NCBI GenBank assembly: GCA_949288405.1
Contig: CASEKM010000001.1
Coordinates: 1 to 45,483, forward strand
Origin: an uncultured bacterium
Lineage (GTDB): Bacteria; Bacillota; Clostridia; Oscillospirales; Oscillospiraceae
DNA: 45,483 nucleotides
Reading direction: 5' to 3'
In this document: piece by piece, positions 1-9,887 of the stretch
Layout of the letters: every line of letters starts with the position of its first letter
Numbering within the stretch: the stretch's first letter is position 1
Translations under genes and position numbers: made by a program
Notes under the pieces: generated by a model
What the model was told of the DNA's origin: nothing
What the model saw: the letters and a program-made list of their open reading frames with translations, nothing else
Databases searched by the model: none

Positions 1-849
1 GGACTTGGACATTTTTCCCGAGTTGGTGTTCAGGTGGTGGACATGGAACCACTGCTTGCACCAGGGGTGGCCGATGAAGGACTCGCTCTGGGCGATCTCA
101 TTGGTGTGGTGGGGGAAGGCGTTGTCGATGCCGCCGCAGTGCAGGTCCAGGTACTCCCCGTTGTATTTCAGGGAGATGCCGGAGCACTCGATGTGCCAGC
201 CGGGGTAGCCCACCCCCCAGGGGGAGTCCCACTTCAGGGCCTGGTCCTCAAACTTGGACTTGGTGAACCAGAGGACGAAGTCGTTCTTGTTGCGCTTGTT
301 GGGGTCCTCCTCCACGCCTTCCCGCACGCCCACGGCCAGGTCCTCCTCGTCGTGGTCGTTGAAGACGTAGTACCGGTCCAGCTTGGAGGTGTCGAAGTAC
401 ACGTTGCCCCCCGCCTGATAGGCGTAGCCCTTGTCCAGCAGCCGGGAGATGATGGCGATATACTCGTCGATGAGGCCGGTGGCGGGCTGGACGGTGTCGG
501 GGCGCTTGATGTTCAGCTTGCGGCAGTCCTCAAAGAAGGCGTCGGTGTAGAACTGGGCGATCTCCATGACGGTCTTGTGCTCCCGCTTGGCCCCCTTGAG
601 CATCTTGTCCTCGCCGGTGTCCGCGTCGGAACTGAGGTGGCCCACGTCGGTGATGTTCATGACCCGGTTCACGTCGTAGCCGCTGTAGCGCAGGAATTTC
701 TCCAGTACGTCCTCCATGATGTAGGAGCGCAGGTTGCCGATGTGGGCGAAGTGGTACACCGTGGGACCGCAGGTGTACATCTCCACATGGTTGGGGGTGT
801 GGGTGGTGAATTCTTCCTTCTTATGGGTGGCGGAATTGTATAACAGCAT
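1..849 (-). CDS. cysS: Cysteinyl-tRNA synthetase, N-terminal part (runs off the window)
   Basis: Manual translation from ATG 849: MLLYNSATHKKEEF...MYTCGPTVYHFAHIGNLRSY...MNITDVGH (HIGH-like motif). GGAGGT RBS upstream; lies downstream of cysE. Confidence 0.97.
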   Translation of the reverse strand, partial: MLLYNSATHKKEEFTTHTPNHVEMYTCGPTVYHFAHIGNLRSYIMEDVLEKFLRYSGYDVNRVMNITDVGHLSSDADTGEDKMLKGAKREHKTVMEIAQFYTDAFFEDCRKLNIKRPDTVQPATGLIDEYIAIISRLLDKGYAYQAGGNVYFDTSKLDRYYVFNDHDEEDLAVGVREGVEEDPNKRNKNDFVLWFTKSKFEDQALKWDSPWGVGYPGWHIECSGISLKYNGEYLDLHCGGIDNAFPHHTNEIAQSESFIGHPWCKQWFHVHHLNTNSGKMSKS

Positions 850-879
850 AACAGATGACCTCCATCGTTGTTTTCTTCC

Positions 880-951
880 GTAGGGGCGCACAGCGTGCGC
901 CCGCAGGGATCGTTCTGATTTCGGGGGCGGGCGCACCCTGTGCGCCCCTAC
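880..951. repeat. Inverted pair of GTAG-type REP-like palindromes
   Basis: GTAGGGGCGCACAGCGTGCGCCCGC ... GCGGGCGCACCCTGTGCGCCCCTAC; overlaps the cysE stop codon. Confidence 0.7.
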
Positions 952-1601
952 GAATTCTGCCCCAAAAACTTCTCGTCCAGCAGCTTCTCCAGCAGCTCCA
1001 CCCGTTGGGACAGGGCGTCCAGCTGCTCGGCTACCGGGTTTTCCACGCTGGTCTGGTCCACCTCGTCGGCGTAGTGGGTGGTCTTTCCGGCGATGCGGAC
1101 GATCTGGGCGGGGATGCCCACGGCGGTGGCGTCGGGGGGCACCTCGCTGAGCACCACCGCGTTGGAGGCGATGCGGGCGTTGTCCCCGATCTTGAAGGGG
1201 CCCAGCACCTTGGCCCCGCAGCTGAGCAGTACATTGTTGCCCACGGTGGGGTGGCGCTTGCCCTGGTCCTTGCCGGTACCCCCCAGGGTAACCCCGTGGT
1301 AGATCAGGCAGTCGTCCCCCACCTCGGCGGTCTCGCCGATGACGATGCCCATGCCGTGGTCGATGACCAGCCGCCGGCCGATCTTGGCCCCGGGGTGGAT
1401 CTCGATGCCCGTCCAGAACCGGCTCCACTGGGAGACGAACCGGGCCAGGAACTTCCGGTTGTGACAGTATAGCCAGTGGGCCAGGCGGTGATACAGGGTG
1501 GCGTGGACCCCCTGGTAGAGCAGAAAGATCTCCAGCTTGCTCCGGGCGGCCGGGTCCCGGCGCTGGTAGGCCTCCAGGGTCTCATTCAGGTTTTTAAACA
1601 T
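948..1601 (-). CDS. cysE: Serine O-acetyltransferase
   Basis: RDPAARSKLEIFLLY, TGIEIHPGAKIG, IDHGMGIVIGETAEVG, HGVTLGGTGK..KRHP hexapeptide motifs; GAGGAG RBS before ATG 1601. Confidence 0.97.
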   Translation of the reverse strand: MFKNLNETLEAYQRRDPAARSKLEIFLLYQGVHATLYHRLAHWLYCHNRKFLARFVSQWSRFWTGIEIHPGAKIGRRLVIDHGMGIVIGETAEVGDDCLIYHGVTLGGTGKDQGKRHPTVGNNVLLSCGAKVLGPFKIGDNARIASNAVVLSEVPPDATAVGIPAQIVRIAGKTTHYADEVDQTSVENPVAEQLDALSQRVELLEKLLDEKFLGQNS

Positions 1602-1654
1602 GGGTTCCTCCTCACAGACATCCCGAGACGAGAGACCGCGCCCGCTTCCCACAG

Positions 1655-1880
1655 AAACGAAAAACGCCTCCCATTCCCCACAGGGAATAAGAGGCGATAT
1701 GCTCGCGGTTCCACTCTCATTTCTCGCTTGCCGGACCGGTAACGGGGTCCACTCGGGCGGCATTACCCGCCGCGCTCCCGGACGCACTTCACGCTCTCCC
1801 GCCGCAGACCCCCTTTCAGCCGGTGAAGGGCCCTCTCTGTTCTTTGGCGAAAGCGCTACTCTTCCGTTCTCAGCGCCTTA
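1655..1880 (-). promoter_or_regulatory. Cys-specific T-box riboswitch leader of cysE-cysS
   Basis: Minus strand shows AGAGA and GGCTGAA stem-I motifs, specifier GAAG-TGC (Cys, 1784-1786), T-box AGTGGAACCGCG (1704-1715) and terminator CGCCTC...GAGGCGTTTTT. Confidence 0.93.
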
Positions 1881-1889
1881 CAAGACAGT

Positions 1890-1918
1890 ATATTATCATC
1901 CCGGCCCGGATGTGTCAA
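1890..1918 (-). promoter_or_regulatory. Sigma-A-type promoter for the T-box leader
   Basis: TTGACA-N17-TAATAT with TG extension, immediately upstream of the T-box. Confidence 0.7.
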
Positions 1919-1980
1919 GTGGGGGAGGCTGGGAGGCATGCCCTGCAAGGCATCCCTTTTAGAGGGAAAGGGCCCGCCGG

Positions 1981-2112
1981 CAAGGCTTCCCCCTTCAAGG
2001 GGGAAGCTGTCAGCCGAAGGCTGACTGATGAGGGTTCGTTTGGGAGTGCTCCTCTGTCCGCCCCCTCATCCGGCCCTTCGGGCCACCTCCCCCCCTGTGG
2101 GGGGAAGGCTTG
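1981..2112. repeat. Intergenic palindromic repeat doublet
   Basis: Two related hairpin units in inverted orientation: AAGGCTTCCCCCTTCAAGGGGGAAGCTG..CCGAAGG..GATGAGGG and CCCTCATCCGGCCCTTCGGGCCACCTCCCCCCCTGTGGGGGGAAGGCTT. Confidence 0.6.
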
Positions 2113-2265
2113 GAGAGGCGCAACCCTGAAAAGCCCCCGTCCCCCTTTTTCCAAGCCTGTCCGCAAAAATTTCCGCCACCGATTGCAAAATGTGCTACAA
2201 TCGTTGTAAGATAAGGAAGTCTGACCGCGCCAGGCGCGCGGTCCTGGATGGGAGGAGACCGCCGG

Positions 2266-3702
2266 ATGAACAAAACCGCCCTGTATCTTATGTATTTCTG
2301 CATCTACTCCGCGGCGCTGCTGCTGATTGGCAAGAGCAGCCTGCGGGAGGACCCCACCCCCCGCAGCTATTTTCTGTGCAACCGCACCGCCAGCCTGCCC
2401 CTGTGCATCTGCACCTTCGTGGGCACCTGGATGTCCGCCATCACCATCCTCAGCCTCACCGGCGGGGTGTACGAGGACGGGCTGGCGGTGCTGTTCTACT
2501 CGGTGGTGCCCTGGTTCTTCGGGGCCTTCCTCCTGGCGGCGGTGAGCCGCCTGCTCTACCAGTACAACGTGGTCACTGTCCCGGAGCTGTTCCGCCGGCA
2601 CTACCGCTCCCCCGCCCTCCAGGCGGTGTACGGGGGCATCGTCCTGATGGTCTATGTGTGCTATCTGGTCACCCAGTACAAGGGCTTCGGCACCGTGGCC
2701 GCCGCCCTGTTCGACATCCCCTACCCGGTGGCGGTGCTCATGGTCTACCTGTTCGTGCTGTACACCACCTTTGGCGGGTACCGCTCGGTGCTGCGCACCG
2801 ACGCCTTTAATCTGGCCATTCTGGTGGTCAGCCTGACGGTGCTCCTGGTGATGCTGGTGGGCCGGGCGGGGGGCCTGCCCCAGCTCTATATCCAGGCGGG
2901 GACCCTCACCGGCTCCGACCCCGCCCGGGACCTGCTGTCCCTCTTCAACAGCCGCTACACCCCCCTCATCAGCCTGTCCATGTTCTTCGGGTGGGGGCTG
3001 GGCCTGGCGGCCAACCCCCAGTACATGATCCGGGTGATCTCCGCCCGGAATCCCCGCAGCGCCCGGTGGACGGTGCTGGGCTCCATCATCCTGCTGGCCC
3101 TGCTGTACATCGCCCTGGTCCACATCGGCCTGGCCGCCCGGGTGCTGGTGCCCCAGGCCCCCCAGGTGTCCTCCAGCGACGAGATCATCGTCCACCTGAT
3201 GAACAACGAGCTCTACAGCGGCTGGAGCGGCTTCTTCCTGTTCGCCGTCATCGGGGCCTGCGTGTCCACTGCCAACTCCCAGCTGCTGCTCATCGCCTCC
3301 TCCTTTTCCTACGACATGGTCCGCATCATCAGCCCCAAGCCCGTCTCCGAGCGCCGGGTGCTCACCCTGGGCCGGCTGGCGGTGTTCGGCGGGGGGACGG
3401 TCTCCATGCTCCTGGCCCTGGACCCGCCCGCCTTCACCCTGTCCTACGGGGGCGACGTGTGGGGCGCGGTGGGCATCCTCCTCTTCCCCGCCACCTACGG
3501 CACCCTCCTGTGCCGCAAGGTCACCCGGCGGGGGGTCTGGGCCTCCATCCTGGTGGGGGCGGCCGCCATCCTCACCCTCTACCCCGCCTACTACGGCGGC
3601 CTGCTCCGGGTGCACCCCGCCCTGCCTGGGGTGGTGCTGTCCGCCGCCGCCCTGCTGACCGGTTCCGCCCTGGACCGGAGACGAGAGGAGGAACAGCCGT
3701 GA
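2266..3702 (+). CDS. Sodium:solute symporter (SLC5/PutP-PanF-like) family protein
   Basis: Polytopic membrane protein with YTTFGGYRSVLRTDA, ANPQYMIRVISA and ACVSTANSQLL motifs; GGAGG RBS before ATG 2266. Confidence 0.88.
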   Translation: MNKTALYLMYFCIYSAALLLIGKSSLREDPTPRSYFLCNRTASLPLCICTFVGTWMSAITILSLTGGVYEDGLAVLFYSVVPWFFGAFLLAAVSRLLYQYNVVTVPELFRRHYRSPALQAVYGGIVLMVYVCYLVTQYKGFGTVAAALFDIPYPVAVLMVYLFVLYTTFGGYRSVLRTDAFNLAILVVSLTVLLVMLVGRAGGLPQLYIQAGTLTGSDPARDLLSLFNSRYTPLISLSMFFGWGLGLAANPQYMIRVISARNPRSARWTVLGSIILLALLYIALVHIGLAARVLVPQAPQVSSSDEIIVHLMNNELYSGWSGFFLFAVIGACVSTANSQLLLIASSFSYDMVRIISPKPVSERRVLTLGRLAVFGGGTVSMLLALDPPAFTLSYGGDVWGAVGILLFPATYGTLLCRKVTRRGVWASILVGAAAILTLYPAYYGGLLRVHPALPGVVLSAAALLTGSALDRRREEEQP

Positions 3703-5363
3703 AAAAACTGCGCCGGATGCTTCCGCTGGACATTGAAAATAAGATCCTCATCCCCTTCGCCGCCATCAGCCTGGCCACGGTGGTGTGCTTCTGCATCATC
3801 CTCTACTTCACCGAGTTCCAGGTGAAGGTGGAGACCCAGCGCCAGGAGGCCCAGACCCTGCTCCACTACCTCCAGGCCGACCTGGAGCTGGAGGAGTACC
3901 GGCGGGAGCCGGAGCGGCTGCTGGACAAGTACCGGGAGGACTACCGGAGCGACTGCCTGTTCATCTACGGCCCCGCCGGCCAGCTGCTCATGGGCGACCC
4001 GGAGGCGGACGTGGACGCCATGGAGCTGCTGGCCCAGATCTCCGACCCGGCCCTGGGCTGGCAGGTCCGGTGCTATCTGGACCGGGGGGAGCTGGGCAGC
4101 ACTTTTATCGAGGAGCAGAAGTACATGATCCTGGCGGCGGTGGCCATGCTGCTGGCCATCGTCCAGGCCAGCGTGCTCATCGCCCACAACATCTCCGACC
4201 CCATCCGCCGCCTCAGTGAGGTGTGCCGGAGCATCAGCCGCCACCCGGAGCAGGGCAACACCCTGCCCGAGGAGTACCTGAACAAGACCGACGAGGCGGG
4301 CCAGCTGGCCCGGGCCTTCCAGGCCATGATGGAGAGCATCCGGGGCTACACCGGCGAGCTGGTGCGGGTCAAGACCCTCAACGAGTGCATCGTGGAGAAC
4401 CTGCCCCTGGGGGTGGTGGCCTACGACCGGGAGGGCAGCGCCATCCTGATCAACGCCTCCGCCTCCGCCATGCTCCGCCGGGAGGACGAGCGGGACGGGC
4501 AGGGCCGGGACCTGCGGATGCTCCTCTCCCGCATCCAGGCCCGGGAGGACGTGCTCCCCGCCCCCGCCCGGCTGGCGGACGGAGCGGGCAAGGTCCGGGA
4601 CTATGAGTTCGGCGTGTGGCAGCTGCGGGAGCCCGACGGCTCCCGCTGGGGGACCCTGTACACCATCGACGACGTGACCTACAACAAGCACATGGAGGAG
4701 AAGCTCACCGAGGACGAGAAGCTGGCCTACACCGGCAAGCTGGCCGCCGACGTGGCCCACGAGATCCGCAACCCCCTGGCGGGCATCCGGGCCGGCCTTC
4801 AGGTGGTAGGCCGGAAGCTGGCGGAGGAGCGGGACCAGAAGCTGTGCCAGGGCATGGTGCGGGAGGTGGACCGGGTCAACCTGCTCATCGAGAACCTGCT
4901 GAACCTGTCCCGCCGCCGGGAGAGCGAGAAGACCACCGTGAGCATCAACGTCCTCTTTGAGGAGCTGCAGATGCTCTATTTCAAGGTGGCGGAAAACAAG
5001 AACATCCGCCTCTCCGCCCAGGTGGAGGGAAATTTGTGGCTCTACGCCGACGAGGGGGAGCTGCGCCAGGTGCTCATCAATCTCATCAACAACAGCGTCA
5101 AGGCCATGCCCGACGGGGGCGAGCTGGCCGTCCGGGCCTGGAAGGGCGGGGAGGGCGTCACCCTGTCCGTGGTGGACACGGGGGTGGGCATGGCCCCGGA
5201 GAAGCTGGACAAGGTGCTCAGCGGCACCGGCACCGGCGGGCTGGGCCTGTCCATCGTCCGGCGGCTGCTGGCCCAGAACGGAGGCCGGCTGTCCATGGAC
5301 AGCCGGCCCGGGGCCGGGACCCGGGCCCAGATCGTTTTCCCCGGCAAAGGAGGTACGGCATGA
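3699..5363 (+). CDS. Membrane sensor histidine kinase (HAMP-PAS-HisKA-HATPase)
   Basis: Two TM helices, H-box AHEIRNPL, N-box QVLINLINN, DTGVGM, GLGLSIV; GTG start overlaps the symporter stop. Confidence 0.93.
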   Translation: MKKLRRMLPLDIENKILIPFAAISLATVVCFCIILYFTEFQVKVETQRQEAQTLLHYLQADLELEEYRREPERLLDKYREDYRSDCLFIYGPAGQLLMGDPEADVDAMELLAQISDPALGWQVRCYLDRGELGSTFIEEQKYMILAAVAMLLAIVQASVLIAHNISDPIRRLSEVCRSISRHPEQGNTLPEEYLNKTDEAGQLARAFQAMMESIRGYTGELVRVKTLNECIVENLPLGVVAYDREGSAILINASASAMLRREDERDGQGRDLRMLLSRIQAREDVLPAPARLADGAGKVRDYEFGVWQLREPDGSRWGTLYTIDDVTYNKHMEEKLTEDEKLAYTGKLAADVAHEIRNPLAGIRAGLQVVGRKLAEERDQKLCQGMVREVDRVNLLIENLLNLSRRRESEKTTVSINVLFEELQMLYFKVAENKNIRLSAQVEGNLWLYADEGELRQVLINLINNSVKAMPDGGELAVRAWKGGEGVTLSVVDTGVGMAPEKLDKVLSGTGTGGLGLSIVRRLLAQNGGRLSMDSRPGAGTRAQIVFPGKGGTA

Positions 5364-6721
5364 ATACAAAGGTACTGGTGGTGGACGACGAGTTCCTCAT
5401 CCGCATGTCCCTGGACAGCGGCCTGTCCGACCTGGGCTACCAGGTGAAGACGGCGGACAGCTTCCCCGAGGGGACCGCCCTGGCGGAGTCCTGGCGGCCC
5501 GACGTGGTCCTGCTGGACAACAAGCTGGGCAATGAGCTGGGTCTGGACCACATCGAGGATTTTAAGAAGATCGACGAGGATATCCAGATCGTGATGATCA
5601 CCGCCTACGGCTCCGTGTCCCAGGCGGTGGAGGCCATGAAGCGGGGGGCCTGCCACTACATCCAGAAGCCCTTCGACCTGGAGGAGGTGGATATGATCAT
5701 CCGCCGGAACCTGGAGCAGCTCAAGCGCCGCCGGAGCCTGGAGCTCATGCGCCAGAACCCGCCCAAGATCGTGGGCGAGAGCGAGGCCATCCGCCGCATC
5801 TGCCGGAACGTGGAGATTTTGGCCCAGAACGACAACGTGGACCTGCTCATCTGCGGGGAGACGGGCACCGGCAAGGGGGTGGTGGTCAACGCCATCCACG
5901 ACAGCAGCCCCCGCCGGGACACCCCCCTGGTCAAGATCAACTGCGGGGCCATCCCCGAGTCCCTGCTGGAGTCGGAGCTGTTCGGCTATGAGAAGGGGGC
6001 CTTCACCGGGGCCAGCAAGGCCAAGAAGGGCCTGATGGAGCTGGCCAACGGGGGCACCGTCTTTCTGGACGAGATCGGCGAGCTCCCCCTGGCCATGCAG
6101 TCCAAGCTGCTCACCTTCCTGGAGGACCGGCGGTTCAAGCGGGTGGGCGGCCTGCGGGACATCGAGGTGAACGTGCGCATCATCGCCGCCACCAACCGGG
6201 ACCTGGAGGCGGAGGTGGAGAAGGGCGCCTTCCGGGAGGACCTGTTCTACCGCCTGAATGTGATGCAGATCCGCATCCCGCCCCTGCGGGAGCGGCGGGA
6301 GGACATCCCCGTGCTGGCCCGGTACTATCTGGACCACTTCAACCGGAAGTTCAACAAGCACATCCGGGACATCGCCCCCGCCTTTCTGGCGGAGATGGAG
6401 CGCTGGTCCTGGAAGGGCAACGTGCGGGAGCTGCGCAACGTGATGGAGCGGTGCGTCCTGTTCAGCCGGGGGGACCTGCTCACCGGCGAGGAGACCGGCC
6501 TGGAGTTCAAGGGGGAGGACGCCGCCCCCGCCGGGCCCGCCTACCCCATGAAGGACCTGGAACAGGGCCCCATCGACCTGAAGAGAGAGGTGGACGCCTT
6601 CGAGCGGACCTACATTGACCGGGCCCTGGCCCTCTCCGGGGGCAACAGCAGCCGGGCGGCCCAGCTGCTGGGCTGCACCCGCTTCACCCTGAAGCGGCGG
6701 CTGGAGCATGAGGAAGCTTGA
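5360..6721 (+). CDS. Sigma-54-dependent (NtrC-family) response regulator
   Basis: REC domain (VVDDE, VLLD, ITAYG, QKPF), GETGTGK, ESELFGYEKGAFTGA, FLDEIGEL, C-terminal Fis-type HTH. Confidence 0.96.
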   Translation: MNTKVLVVDDEFLIRMSLDSGLSDLGYQVKTADSFPEGTALAESWRPDVVLLDNKLGNELGLDHIEDFKKIDEDIQIVMITAYGSVSQAVEAMKRGACHYIQKPFDLEEVDMIIRRNLEQLKRRRSLELMRQNPPKIVGESEAIRRICRNVEILAQNDNVDLLICGETGTGKGVVVNAIHDSSPRRDTPLVKINCGAIPESLLESELFGYEKGAFTGASKAKKGLMELANGGTVFLDEIGELPLAMQSKLLTFLEDRRFKRVGGLRDIEVNVRIIAATNRDLEAEVEKGAFREDLFYRLNVMQIRIPPLRERREDIPVLARYYLDHFNRKFNKHIRDIAPAFLAEMERWSWKGNVRELRNVMERCVLFSRGDLLTGEETGLEFKGEDAAPAGPAYPMKDLEQGPIDLKREVDAFERTYIDRALALSGGNSSRAAQLLGCTRFTLKRRLEHEEA

Positions 6722-6726
6722 ACACT

Positions 6727-6780
6727 GTGCGGATCTGAACGGCCGGGTGTGCGAAAACGCACACCCGGCCGTCTGCTTTT
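6727..6780 (+). promoter_or_regulatory. GC-rich hairpin (possible terminator) overlapping candidate tandem enhancer sites
   Basis: ACGGCCGGGTGTGCG-AAAA-CGCACACCCGGCCGT; related 14-mers GTGCGGATCTGAAC (6727) and GTGCGAAAACGCAC (6749) lie 22 bp apart. Confidence 0.5.
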
Positions 6781-6916
6781 GTCCATTCCGCCAGGTGATG
6801 CCATCCATGCGAAAATAGAATTTATGGTGCAGACTGCCGGAGGCAGCCAACATATTCCCTGGTTTTTTGCCGAAAAGATGCAGGAATTTCAAAAAACAGG
6901 AAGGCGGCCGGAAAGC

Positions 6917-6932
6917 TGGCACGGAACTTGCA
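6917..6932 (+). promoter_or_regulatory. Sigma-54 -24/-12 promoter of the pxp operon
   Basis: TGGCACGGAACTTGCA matches TGGCACG-N4-TTGCW; directly downstream of a sigma-54 activator gene. Confidence 0.93.
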
Positions 6933-6973
6933 ATATATATGGGGTGAAATTTATTGCTAAGGAGGCAATTGGC

Positions 6974-7741
6974 ATGTACAAAGTAGATCTGAACAGCGAC
7001 CTGGGCGAGAGCTTCGGCGCCTACACCATCGGCATGGACGAGGCGGTCATCGCCCACATCTCCTCCGCCAATGTGGCCTGCGGCTATCACGCCGGAGACC
7101 CCCTGGTGATGGACAAGACTGTGGCCGCCGCCAAGGCCGCCGGCGTGGCGGTGGGGGCCCACCCCGGCTACCCCGACCTGATGGGCTTCGGCCGCCGGAA
7201 CATGGTGTGCTCCCCCAAGGAGGTCAAGGCCTACATCCAGTACCAGCTGGGCGCCCTCATGGCCTTCACCGCCGCCCACGGGGTGAAGCTGCAGCACTGC
7301 AAGCCCCACGGCTCCCTGTACAACATGGCCGGTAAGGACATGGACCTGGCTATGGCCATCGCCGAGGCCATCTACAGCGTGGACAAGGACATCATCCTCC
7401 TGGGCCTGGCGGGCAGCAAGATGCTGGAGGCCGGCAAGCAGGTGGGCCTGCGGGTGGCCAGCGAGGTGTTCGCCGACCGGGCCTATCAGGCCGACGGCTC
7501 CCTGGTGCCCCGGAAGCAGCCCGGCGCGGTGATCCACGACAAGGACGAGGCCATTGCCCGCACCATCCGCATGGTCACCGAGGGCAAGGTCACCGCCATC
7601 ACCGGCGAGGAGGTGTCCATCGACGCCCACTCCATCTGCGTCCACGGCGACAACCCCTCCGCGGTGGAGTTCGTCAAGAACATCCGGGCCGCCCTCAACG
7701 CCCAGGGCGTAGAGATCGCCCCCATCGCCGCCATCGTGTAA
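6974..7741 (+). CDS. pxpA: 5-oxoprolinase subunit A (LamB/YcsF)
   Basis: [63 protein letters not shown]. Confidence 0.96.
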   Translation: MYKVDLNSDLGESFGAYTIGMDEAVIAHISSANVACGYHAGDPLVMDKTVAAAKAAGVAVGAHPGYPDLMGFGRRNMVCSPKEVKAYIQYQLGALMAFTAAHGVKLQHCKPHGSLYNMAGKDMDLAMAIAEAIYSVDKDIILLGLAGSKMLEAGKQVGLRVASEVFADRAYQADGSLVPRKQPGAVIHDKDEAIARTIRMVTEGKVTAITGEEVSIDAHSICVHGDNPSAVEFVKNIRAALNAQGVEIAPIAAIV

Positions 7742-7808
7742 CGGGCCCCTGCAAAACAGGCCCCTGTAAGGAGAGAACCCCTCAAAATAATTCTGTGGGA
7801 GGTACATT

Positions 7809-9083
7809 ATGAGCAACAAGCCTGAAAACCTGAACCAGACAGCGGTAAAACCCAGCCGCTCGGTGCTGTTCGGGGCCGCCTTCCTGATGGCCACCTCGGC
7901 CATCGGCCCCGGCTTCCTGACCCAGACGTCCACCTTCACCGCCCAGCACGGGGCGGCCCTGGCCCTGATCATCATTATGGCCATCATCATGGACATCACC
8001 GCCCAGATGAACATCTGGTCGGTGGTCACCGTCTCCAAGATGCGCGCCCAGGACGTGTGCAACAAGCTGCTGCCCGGTCTGGGCTATGTGATCGCCATTC
8101 TGGTGGCCATCGGCGGCCTGGCCTTCAACGTGGGCAACGTGGGCGGCGTGGCCCTGGGCTTCAACGCCATGTTCGGCCTGGACCAGACCATCGGCGCGGT
8201 GGTGGCCGGCTGCTTGGGCATCATCATCTTCATCAACAAGAACGCCAAGACCCTCATGGACAAGGTGGCCACCCTGCTGGCCGCCATCATCCTCATCACC
8301 GTGGTGGTGGTGGCCGTCATCTCCGAGCCCCCTCTGGGCGAGGTGGCCAAGGGCCTCACCCGGGTGGACTACCTGCTGGACCCTGAGACCAAGGCCTTCA
8401 CCGCTCTGACCACCCTGCTGGGCGGCTCCTGCGGCGGCTATATCGCCTTCTCCGGCGCCCACCGCCTGCTGGACGCGGGCATCGCCGGCCCTGAGAACGT
8501 GGGCCACGTGCGCAAGAGCGTCCTCCAGGGCTGCGGCACCTCCGGCTTGGTGCGTATCCTGCTGTTCCTGGCCGTCCTGGGCACCTGCATGAGCGGCACC
8601 CAGTGGATCGCCGAGAACGCCAAGATCATCACCGACGCCGCCAACGGCGGCAACCCCGCCGCCGAGGCCTTCCGCCTGGCTGCCGGCGACCTGGGCTACC
8701 GCCTGTTCGGCCTATGCCTGTTCTCCGCCGGCGTGTCCTCCGTGGTGGGCGCGGCCTTCACCTCCGTGTCCTTCCTGAAGACCCTGCACCCCTTCATCAA
8801 CAAGTATGAGCGCCAGTTCGTGGTGGGCTTCATCGCCTTCTCCACCCTGATGATGGTCATCGTGGGCAACGCCGCCCAGCTGCTGATCATCGCCGGCGCC
8901 TTCAACGGCCTGATCCTGCCCATCACCCTGGGCGTCATGCTCATCGCCAGCCGCAGCAAGCGCATCGTGGGCAGCGAGTACAAGCACCCCATGCCCCTCA
9001 TCATCCTGGGCGCCATCGTGGTGCTCATCTCCCTGTACTCCGGCGTCCAGGCCGTTCCCGGCATCCTGGACCTGTTCGGCTGA
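7809..9083 (+). CDS. ycsG: YcsG-like NRAMP-family transporter
   Basis: GAAFLMATSAIGPGFLTQT, GGLAFNVGNVGG, GGYIAFSGAHRLLDAG; pxp operon context. Confidence 0.85.
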   Translation: MSNKPENLNQTAVKPSRSVLFGAAFLMATSAIGPGFLTQTSTFTAQHGAALALIIIMAIIMDITAQMNIWSVVTVSKMRAQDVCNKLLPGLGYVIAILVAIGGLAFNVGNVGGVALGFNAMFGLDQTIGAVVAGCLGIIIFINKNAKTLMDKVATLLAAIILITVVVVAVISEPPLGEVAKGLTRVDYLLDPETKAFTALTTLLGGSCGGYIAFSGAHRLLDAGIAGPENVGHVRKSVLQGCGTSGLVRILLFLAVLGTCMSGTQWIAENAKIITDAANGGNPAAEAFRLAAGDLGYRLFGLCLFSAGVSSVVGAAFTSVSFLKTLHPFINKYERQFVVGFIAFSTLMMVIVGNAAQLLIIAGAFNGLILPITLGVMLIASRSKRIVGSEYKHPMPLIILGAIVVLISLYSGVQAVPGILDLFG

Positions 9084-9149
9084 TGTTTCCCCTTCCCCGG
9101 CGGGCCCGCCTGAGCGGGCCTGCCGGGAGCAAACAGAAAGGAGCCCTCT

Positions 9150-9887
9150 ATGGCTGACGTAAGATTTCTCCTCTCCGGGGATTCCTCTGTGACGGTGGAG
9201 TTCGGCAACGAGATCAGTCCGGCCATCAACGCCCAGATCCGCGCCTTCAACATCGCCCTGGAGGAGAGCAAGCTCCCCGGCATCACTGAGACAGTGCCCA
9301 CCTACCGCTCCCTCATGGTCCACTACGACCCCGGCGTCATCCGCTATGACGCCCTGGTAAAGGAGATGAAGGGCCTGCTGGGCCAGCTGTCCAACATCCA
9401 GATCCCCCCCAGCGACGTGCTGGAGATCCCCGTCCTCTACGGCGGGGAGTACGGCCCCGACCTGGACTTTGTGGCCGAGCACAACCACAAGACCCCGGAG
9501 GAGGTGGTGAAGATCCACACCTCCACCGAGTACCTCATCTACATGCTGGGCTTCACCCCCGGCTTCACCTACCTGGGCGGCATGAGCGAGGAGATCGCCA
9601 CCCCCCGGCTGAAGCAGCCCCGGGTGAAGATCCCCGCCGGGTCGGTGGGCATCGCCGGCTCCCAGACCGGCGTGTACCCCATCGACTCCCCGGGCGGCTG
9701 GCAGCTCATCGGCCAGACCCCGGTGCGCATGTACGACCCGGACCGGGCGGAGCCCATCCTCCCCAAGGCGGGCGAGTACATCAAGTTCTACTCCATCACC
9801 CAGAAGGAGTTTGACGACATCGCCGCCCAGGAGGCGGCGGGCACCTATGTGTGCAAGCGCCATCCCAGAAAGGAGGGGGCACAGTGA
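9150..9887 (+). CDS. pxpB: 5-oxoprolinase subunit B (KipI-like)
   Basis: ETVPTYRSL, IPVLYGGEYGPDL, MLGFTPGFTYLGG, GSVGIAG.QTGVYP..SPGGWQLIG. Confidence 0.95.
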   Translation: MADVRFLLSGDSSVTVEFGNEISPAINAQIRAFNIALEESKLPGITETVPTYRSLMVHYDPGVIRYDALVKEMKGLLGQLSNIQIPPSDVLEIPVLYGGEYGPDLDFVAEHNHKTPEEVVKIHTSTEYLIYMLGFTPGFTYLGGMSEEIATPRLKQPRVKIPAGSVGIAGSQTGVYPIDSPGGWQLIGQTPVRMYDPDRAEPILPKAGEYIKFYSITQKEFDDIAAQEAAGTYVCKRHPRKEGAQ

